From a virus, in IMG/VR virus record IMGVR_UViG_3300042888_002402: 64,000 bases of DNA, one strand, 5' to 3'. The first letter of the stretch is position 1; each line of letters begins with the position of its first letter. Position numbers and translations under genes: made by a program. This document shows positions 57,495 through 64,000 of this stretch, piece by piece. Below the pieces are notes generated by a model. That model was not told the DNA's origin. It made no database searches and saw only the letters and a program-made list of their open reading frames with translations.

Positions 57495-58133
57495 TTAGAT
57501 TTTGAGATCTTTGATCAGCTTCATTACTTCGCTTTTCAAATATCTCTGTACCTTGTTGTCCGCGCTAGCGTCACGTGCCATCTCAAGAATTTTATGTCCG
57601 TGCTTCATGTTAAGAAGACCTTCATAGATTGCTGTAGGATAAGCATGAGGCGCACTAGGTTGGGCAACTACATCCACAGTGACAATTTCAAAGTCACTGA
57701 CATGTCCGTTTGAGTCGTTGACATTTCCGGATCCACGACTTGAAACACCTAATTTAACACCAGAATCCAACATGGTTTTAACCAGTTGTCCCATTGGTGT
57801 TGGTAATACTTTTAATTTTCCGTAGCCGCAATGGCCTTCCATCCACATACCTTCAATCATGTGACTCACACGATCCAAGTTGATTTTTAAATCATCTGGA
57901 TGATCTACTTCACCTAGTACACTATGACCAGTTTTGATTTGTTCATTGATAGTTTCTACTGCCTTGGCAATTTCACGTACAGGATACACACGCTCATTGG
58001 CATTTTTTACATCGCCCTCAATGCAAACACCCTTCATATAAAGGGTTTTGCCAGATCCATCTGCGGCTTCCTCAGTCAAGAGTTCAATCTTGGCCTGAGT
58101 AAAGCTCAGATGTTCTTTTAGATATCGAGCCAT
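57495..58133 (-). CDS. gp21: Prohead protease
   Basis: NANERVYP, LGEVDHP, VSH, TPMG, LGVSSRGSG, DVVAQPSAP.A. Confidence 0.95.
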   Translation of the reverse strand: MARYLKEHLSFTQAKIELLTEEAADGSGKTLYMKGVCIEGDVKNANERVYPVREIAKAVETINEQIKTGHSVLGEVDHPDDLKINLDRVSHMIEGMWMEGHCGYGKLKVLPTPMGQLVKTMLDSGVKLGVSSRGSGNVNDSNGHVSDFEIVTVDVVAQPSAPHAYPTAIYEGLLNMKHGHKILEMARDASADNKVQRYLKSEVMKLIKDLKI

Positions 58134-58142
58134 ATCTTCTTA

Positions 58143-59030
58143 TTAGCCTCTCGGAAATGGTGTTTTTGTGTTAACACCACTGGCTTGAGCTGTCGTTGGC
58201 TTTGGAGCCGCTGACAATTTAGAATTTGCGTTGCCTTTGCCAGGAACATTTTTAAATGTGCCTGCTTGTGGCAAATCGCCTGTTTTTGGTGCTGGACGAC
58301 CTTGTGCAGTGTCACCTGTCATTCTAACAGGACTAGCTGCCATGCCTTTAGCACCAGAGTTAAAAGCAACTACGCTTTTAGTGTTAGCACCGTCGTCACC
58401 CATTTTAGGAGTAGCAACTTTGTCTAACTGTACGTTTTCCATCATTGACTCGTCGTCAAATGCTTGTGTGTCATCTTGAGCAAGTGCGTCTCCACCTAGT
58501 GGTTCGTCTTCGTCGCCAGCCAAATCGCTGTCAATTCCGTCGTCCATTTCGTCATCGCCGCCCATCATTGATTCAAATTCGGCCATCAATTCATCAAGCT
58601 TGTCTTCAAGATCAACCACACGATCTTCTAATTCGCCTTCGTCATGACCTTGTTCCATGTCGTGAGTAAGTTCGTGCCCAGCTTCTTCAGCGTTGTCATC
58701 AAACTCTTCATCATCTTCCATTGGCATGCCTTGCTCTTCGGTTTCAACATCGTCGATCAAGTCATCACTGGCATCACCACCCATCATGGCATGACCTTCG
58801 TCCATCTTTTCGTCATACTCGATGTCTTTAGCAACTTTCTTACCGGCTTTTTCAGCATGGTCGTCGCGTTCTGCATCAGACTCTTCGTCCAATGCTTCAG
58901 CATCGTCGTCCATGAGATTTTCGTATATCTCACGAGATTTTTCTACCACGATATCGTGGAAAAGCTCGCGAGCTTTTTGTTCTTCATCGTTGATTACGTA
59001 TTCAATCAACTGTTCAAATTTCGATGTCAT
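58143..59030 (-). CDS. Acidic prohead core-like protein (gp67/gp68 position)
   Basis: Very D/E-rich; GGAGG SD before ATG 59030; lies between gp20 and gp21. Confidence 0.55.
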   Translation of the reverse strand: MTSKFEQLIEYVINDEEQKARELFHDIVVEKSREIYENLMDDDAEALDEESDAERDDHAEKAGKKVAKDIEYDEKMDEGHAMMGGDASDDLIDDVETEEQGMPMEDDEEFDDNAEEAGHELTHDMEQGHDEGELEDRVVDLEDKLDELMAEFESMMGGDDEMDDGIDSDLAGDEDEPLGGDALAQDDTQAFDDESMMENVQLDKVATPKMGDDGANTKSVVAFNSGAKGMAASPVRMTGDTAQGRPAPKTGDLPQAGTFKNVPGKGNANSKLSAAPKPTTAQASGVNTKTPFPRG

Positions 59031-59139
59031 ATTGTGTACCTCCAAAAGTATGGCTCGTAATATATTTACATATATTAGATAATATTGGTAGTTTTAAAGC
59101 AGAAAACTGGTAGTTTTTTGAATAATTGTTAAACAATTA

Positions 59140-59361
59140 TTACAGACCAGGTGCTACAGGAGGAGGTGCGTATTGTTGACGCACTAGTTTTAATTTTTCT
59201 TTGTATTCATAACTACGCACATCATTCATTTGTCGTAGCTTGTTTAACTGACGCAGAGTCAGTCGAGTCTTTCTCAAATCGCCTAGTTTAAGTTGGCTGT
59301 TGTCCTGGCTTAGATCTTGATAAGCACCAGGAGATTTTTCGTATATTTCGTTGAGAATCAT
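59140..59361 (-). CDS. Small basic head-module protein
   Basis: MILNEIYE start, RKTRLTL.QLNKLR; TATAAATA 5 nt upstream. Confidence 0.7.
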   Translation of the reverse strand: MILNEIYEKSPGAYQDLSQDNSQLKLGDLRKTRLTLRQLNKLRQMNDVRSYEYKEKLKLVRQQYAPPPVAPGL

Positions 59362-59369
59362 ACCAGTAT

Positions 59370-61190
59370 TTATACTCCGGGTACTCCAGGCGCACCACCA
59401 CTTGGAGCACCTGCGCCTGCTGCACCGCCCAAACTGTTGGCACCTGGACTTACACTTGGTGTAGGCTGACTGCCCGGAGCTCCTGCAAATTCACTTTGAG
59501 AAAGATCTTGACCAGTTTGAATGTCTGCTTCCATACCTGCAGGAGTGATACCAATGGCACGTAGATCTTGCCCTTGTGTGGTTTCCAGATCTGGAGTGTC
59601 ACGTTCTTCACGCCAGTGTTGTTCGTTTTCCATGACTTCTTCGTCAGTAAGGCCTAGATAACGTTTCATTAAAAAACGTTTACTCATGTAAGGCAATGGC
59701 TCTAGTTGGGTAAATGCAGTGATTCTTGTGGTATCAAGTTCACTTTGACGATAACTGGCAAAGTTCTGTGGAGCACATAGTTTGATAGTAAACAAACCTG
59801 AATCAATATTGAATCCTCTCCAACGCATGAACATTTTAAACTCATCGTCTAGTTTTTGCATGATCAAGTTTTGCAATCGTATACAGTATTGGTTGAAACG
59901 ATATTCTTGAATCAGTGCAGTTCCTACTTTGCCGTCATTCATAGCAATACCACTATCATCAGGGCCTGTGGGCAAATAGCTTGAAGGCACACGTAAACCA
60001 CGTGCCATTTTGTTGTTGAAGTATTTCAGATCATCAATTTCGCCAAGATTTTCGCCGCCTGGCAACACTTCTACACTGCTGCCACGTCCATCCGAAGTTT
60101 GTGGGAAAAAGTAATCTTCGTTAATGCTCAATGGATTATAACTGGAATCCATCATGTTAGCACCGCCACCTGTGTTGGTAGGAATACGCCGTTGATGCAT
60201 TTCATTTTTGACACGTTCTACAAACTGCATGGCCATATGGCTGGGCATGTTTCCTACATCAATCTTGAACAAACGTCTTTCTGGTGCACGTTGCACACGA
60301 TAAATTAACACGGAATCTTCTAGTAATTCTTTTTGTTTGTAAACTTTAAAAATATTTTCTAATATGCTTTGTCCAAAAGGCCAGAAAAAGTCCAGTCCTT
60401 CGTTCAAGCTTAGGTGCACAATATGACGACTGTCTATGCAACTTTCGTTCATGGCCTGTGTGAATCTGTTGTTGCCTACGCCTCCGCCTGCACCACCATA
60501 GCCACCACCATTGGGTGCAGTGTAGTTGGTTTGTCCTGACGCTCCTGTGGCACGACTAACATAGTAATCTTGTGTGGTTTTTGAAGCCACACTCATGTTT
60601 TGAAAGTTGGGATTTATGTCTCTAATAATATACTGTTCGGGGCGTTTGCCTTCTGACTCGTTCACAATGACCCTGGCAACTTTGACCATGTCAACCCAGT
60701 ACATTTCAAATGTTTCCGGATCACGCAAAAATACCTGATCGCCGTATTTGATAGTATTACGGAACAGTTTGAACATGCGTTGATCTAGTTTGTTCAGTTT
60801 GGTCCACTGTTGCAGTTGCTTCTTAATAATTTCTATTTCGTGATCAGTTGGTTTGTCTGAAAAATGTATGTCAAATGGTGTTTCGTTATCTTGGTTTAGT
60901 TGTGTGCTGAACTCAGCAATAATATCCAAACAAGCATTGACTTCTGAATCAGCATCCATATTTTCATACTGATTGTAACGTTCTACACGATTTGGATGGC
61001 CAGAATAAACTTCAGGCAGTCTGCTGGCATAGTTTCTAAATGCAAAATCGTTGGGTGTTCCGCCAGTATAATCGCCTCCGCGTTGACGATCATATCCTGG
61101 TGCTCCAAATTGGTTGCGACCCGAAATTGGACTTAGCTGTCCGCCTACCCCATCAGGTCCAGCGACTTTGAAATATTTTTTCCAAGACAT
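59370..61190 (-). CDS. gp20: Portal protein
   Basis: LLEDSVLIYRVQRAPERR.F.IDVGNMP, EDYFFP, LPGGENLGEIDD..YF, LRVPSS.L. Confidence 0.97.
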   Translation of the reverse strand: MSWKKYFKVAGPDGVGGQLSPISGRNQFGAPGYDRQRGGDYTGGTPNDFAFRNYASRLPEVYSGHPNRVERYNQYENMDADSEVNACLDIIAEFSTQLNQDNETPFDIHFSDKPTDHEIEIIKKQLQQWTKLNKLDQRMFKLFRNTIKYGDQVFLRDPETFEMYWVDMVKVARVIVNESEGKRPEQYIIRDINPNFQNMSVASKTTQDYYVSRATGASGQTNYTAPNGGGYGGAGGGVGNNRFTQAMNESCIDSRHIVHLSLNEGLDFFWPFGQSILENIFKVYKQKELLEDSVLIYRVQRAPERRLFKIDVGNMPSHMAMQFVERVKNEMHQRRIPTNTGGGANMMDSSYNPLSINEDYFFPQTSDGRGSSVEVLPGGENLGEIDDLKYFNNKMARGLRVPSSYLPTGPDDSGIAMNDGKVGTALIQEYRFNQYCIRLQNLIMQKLDDEFKMFMRWRGFNIDSGLFTIKLCAPQNFASYRQSELDTTRITAFTQLEPLPYMSKRFLMKRYLGLTDEEVMENEQHWREERDTPDLETTQGQDLRAIGITPAGMEADIQTGQDLSQSEFAGAPGSQPTPSVSPGANSLGGAAGAGAPSGGAPGVPGV

Positions 61191-61220
61191 TTGATTTTTC
61201 CTTGCAGTATTTACCGCATA

Positions 61221-63947
61221 TCAGTGTTGATAAGCTAATATCTTTCCCGACACATCAAGTTGACTGGTCATGACTCTGACCAGTTCATCTAGTTTGTTCA
61301 ATTGTTGACTCATCAATGCCAGTTGTTCCGAATTATCTGTGGTCGTTGCAGTTGGTGTGATTGTTGATGGAGTATTATTGTTGGCTGTTTGTTGATTTAT
61401 TTTGTCTGCAATAGAAGTTGCAATGTCATTAATTGGTAACATCTTAGAAAAATCAGGCATCACACTGTTGAGCAAATCACTTGAAGAAGGCATTTTTGTA
61501 TTCACAAATGTGTCCAGCATAGATTTCATACTGTTTAAATTGTCAGCTATTTTTAAATCAGGTGAAATAGTTTGAGTTAATTCTCCGCCAGCAGGCTGAA
61601 CTGCTCGATAATCGCTTATACTACTGGCTACTATTTTAGCAATGGCTTGTGGATCCATCTGACCAGGTTGATTTACTTCGCCCAAAATATTTTTAGCAAA
61701 TTCTTTAATAAAATTTGAATTTTTAATATCTACAGGAATTTTGCCACGAGCCAAGGGCACAAATGCTTCGTCTTGCCCTGCTTCCCCTGCTAAAATATTG
61801 GTACCACCCGGTTTGGCTCGCACTATTCCGCCGAACTCAGCTTTTTGCTGTGCCAAACTGGTTGCGTTAGAAATTCGTTTGTTTAGGTGTTGCCCTGTTG
61901 ATCTTTCATACAGGCGGTCTACAATCTGTGCAGCTTCTTCTGCAGTTTTGGCCGATTTTAAACTGTTGCCGGCTTTTATTTCAGTGTTAGATAATTCCCA
62001 CTGTATAAACTCTAGTTGTTCATTCAATGATGATTGTTGTATGGGCTTGCCAAAATATTTTTCAAAATCTTTCTGGCGAGGCGGATGCCATTGAGCAATG
62101 CCATACGCTTTTCCACCGTCCCCCACTGCGGATATATTCAATCCTGGGCCAGACTCTGCTTGCAAATTTCCAACAATGCCTGCAGCTTGTTCTTTGGTCC
62201 AGCCTTGGCTTTGAAAATATGCTAGTGCAGTCTGTGCTGACCCTGTGGCACCTGCGCCTTTGATCTGTGTCTCGGGCGGCGCAGCTTCTTTGTCTGGTTG
62301 CGAAAGTCCAAAAAAATCTGCTATAGCAGTTCCAATTTTGTTTCCTATCATGGCACCACCAACTGCACCTGCCACTGTGCCAATTCCAGCAGTGGCACCA
62401 CCAACAGCCAATGCACCCGCAGTGCCGCCAATAGCAGTGGCACCATAATCCAATGCTTTTCTCGCCATGCCACCACCACCAGTTGATCCACCTCCAACTG
62501 ACTTGCCGCCTGCAGGTTCTTTGGCCCCGGGCATGACTTTGTTGGCCATTCCGGCTGCAGTATTAGTTGCACCTGCCAATGCTTTCATTGCTTCAGTAGC
62601 AGGTGCAACACCTGCTTGCACAAAACTCTGCAAGCTGTCTCTAGAATTCATCTGAGCAATACGTAATTCAACTTGTGATTTAGTAGTAGGATCTAGTCCT
62701 TTTAATTGCAGTTCTTGTTCAGCTTTGGCTCGTTCTCGTTGTTGTTCAGCAGTTTCTGCTGCATAACGAGATTGCATTTGTCCAATTTCTTTCATTGGCA
62801 ACAAGAAATCATTGGTAGCATTAAATTTGGCCAAACTTCCTAAGCTATCTCTGGTTTGACCTGCACCTTTGGCCAGTGCATTGATATATTCTTCAGCAGT
62901 GTAAGAGCCTTTGCTTAACATTTGAACTGCACCACTGGCAGTCATAAAAGTTTTGCTCATAGCGCTGACATCACCACCTACACCTTGTTGGAACTCTTTT
63001 AGTGCAGTTCCAGTCAGTCGCATTGCAATTTCGTTGTTGGCTTGATATTGTTTGGATGCGGCCAGATCACCTGCATCTGCTTTGCGTTTTAATTCATACT
63101 GTGTTTGATTAAATGCATCTTCGGCCTGTGCTTCATCAATTTTACTTTGCAATTGTTCAGCATTTTCACCTGTCAGTTTGCTTAGTAAATCTAGATTTTT
63201 AATATAAGCTGCACTTTGAACAGACAAATCTTTATTGATATTTGCAGAAGAAACACCAAATCCTTGTTGTTGTTTGACAAATAATGCTATACCTTTGTTG
63301 ATGTCATCTGGCGTTTTGCCCAGCATTTGCAGTGCCCGGCCAACATCACTGCGTTGAATGTCATTGGCAGCATTGGCAAATGCCTTGGACCCAGTGGCAG
63401 CAGTGCCACCAAAATCTGACAATGCCTTGCTGTTTTCTTTGAGCAAGGCAGTCATGTCGCCCAACTGCTCAATGCCATAACCAAATTTTTGCATGCTTTC
63501 AAAAATTTCAGTCATACCTCCAGCAGCGGCCTGGCCACTGGAACTTAGATCTTTGTAGGTTTTAAATAGTTCGTCAGCTTGTTTACTGGCAACTTTGTTA
63601 AACTTGCCCAGTGCTATTACACCAACACCTACGGCACCTGCCAGTAGACCCAGTGGTCCTCCCAGTGCCATCAATGCTACACCAAGTGCGCCAAGTGCAG
63701 TTGTGACAGTTTCTACTCCGTCGGCCATGACTTCTGCACCCTGCTTGCCTTGATACATGGCCTTGGTAGTGTCAGCAATGGCCTTGCCCAGTGCTTTGTA
63801 CAAACCAGCCTGGGCTGCAGTCAGTCCTTTGATGCCAGTCTGAGCATCTTTAAACGATTCAAACAGTTCTTTGGTAACAGGAATACCATTTTGAACCGAA
63901 TAATAATAGTCGTCTATGGCCCGTTGTCGTTCGTCATCTGACATCAT
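61221..63947 (-). CDS. Tape-measure/baseplate-hub-like protein with a phage tail lysozyme (Phage_lysozyme2) domain
   Basis: A/G/Q-rich helical body with hydrophobic Gly-rich segments; QAAGIVGNLQAESG...GDGGKAYGIAQW...R...QLEFI..EL; GEAG.EA.VPL. Confidence 0.75.
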   Translation of the reverse strand: MMSDDERQRAIDDYYYSVQNGIPVTKELFESFKDAQTGIKGLTAAQAGLYKALGKAIADTTKAMYQGKQGAEVMADGVETVTTALGALGVALMALGGPLGLLAGAVGVGVIALGKFNKVASKQADELFKTYKDLSSSGQAAAGGMTEIFESMQKFGYGIEQLGDMTALLKENSKALSDFGGTAATGSKAFANAANDIQRSDVGRALQMLGKTPDDINKGIALFVKQQQGFGVSSANINKDLSVQSAAYIKNLDLLSKLTGENAEQLQSKIDEAQAEDAFNQTQYELKRKADAGDLAASKQYQANNEIAMRLTGTALKEFQQGVGGDVSAMSKTFMTASGAVQMLSKGSYTAEEYINALAKGAGQTRDSLGSLAKFNATNDFLLPMKEIGQMQSRYAAETAEQQRERAKAEQELQLKGLDPTTKSQVELRIAQMNSRDSLQSFVQAGVAPATEAMKALAGATNTAAGMANKVMPGAKEPAGGKSVGGGSTGGGGMARKALDYGATAIGGTAGALAVGGATAGIGTVAGAVGGAMIGNKIGTAIADFFGLSQPDKEAAPPETQIKGAGATGSAQTALAYFQSQGWTKEQAAGIVGNLQAESGPGLNISAVGDGGKAYGIAQWHPPRQKDFEKYFGKPIQQSSLNEQLEFIQWELSNTEIKAGNSLKSAKTAEEAAQIVDRLYERSTGQHLNKRISNATSLAQQKAEFGGIVRAKPGGTNILAGEAGQDEAFVPLARGKIPVDIKNSNFIKEFAKNILGEVNQPGQMDPQAIAKIVASSISDYRAVQPAGGELTQTISPDLKIADNLNSMKSMLDTFVNTKMPSSSDLLNSVMPDFSKMLPINDIATSIADKINQQTANNNTPSTITPTATTTDNSEQLALMSQQLNKLDELVRVMTSQLDVSGKILAYQH

Positions 63948-64000
63948 AATGGGCAGCACCTTTTGTAATCAATGGTTTTTGTAGTCATAATTATATTTAG

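Noticed and set aside
63944-63999. Leaderless 14-codon uORF (MTTKTIDYKRCCPL) ahead of the tape-measure-like gene
   Set aside because: It fits the TAAATA-5-ATG pattern, but the main gene has its own AAGGTG SD and the window edge removes context, so it may be chance.
1-64000. Stop-codon reassignment, introns or inteins
   Set aside because: Code 11 gives dense, full-length core genes; TAA, TGA and TAG all end genes; gp17, uvsX, gp20 and gp23 are of ordinary length.
1-64000. tRNA, rRNA, integrase or transposase genes
   Set aside because: None recognised; intergenic gaps are short and accounted for by promoters and terminators.

Overview
This is a 64-kb fragment of a large T4-like (Tevenvirinae/Kyanoviridae-superfamily style) lytic myophage read with the standard genetic code, with almost all genes on the minus strand. 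It contains the head module (portal gp20, protease gp21, scaffold gp22, major capsid gp23), packaging genes (gp17, probable gp16, gp4), neck and tail genes (gp13, gp14, gp15, gp18, gp19, a lysozyme-bearing tape-measure-like protein) and a ~16-kb fibre cluster. It also carries recombination genes (gp32, uvsX, uvsY), a dNMP kinase and a DexA-like exonuclease. Many glycan-type enzymes are interleaved with the core genes: KpsS/KpsC-like, GT8-like, GT10-like, CstII/MAF-like and TPR-GT9-like transferases, a nucleotidyltransferase-cupin fusion, SGNH proteins, methyltransferases and radical SAM enzymes. The main leads are: (1) a candidate late-expressed virion glycosylation system acting on N-x-S/T-rich fibres; (2) an ungapped 29-aa module shared by two unrelated accessory enzymes; (3) widespread promoter-N4-7-ATG leaderless gene starts; (4) a cluster of proteins with T4-like capsid-targeting sequences plus a probable gp21-cleaved polyprotein; (5) two structured or repeated 5' leaders. 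All family calls come from motif recognition by eye, not database searches.
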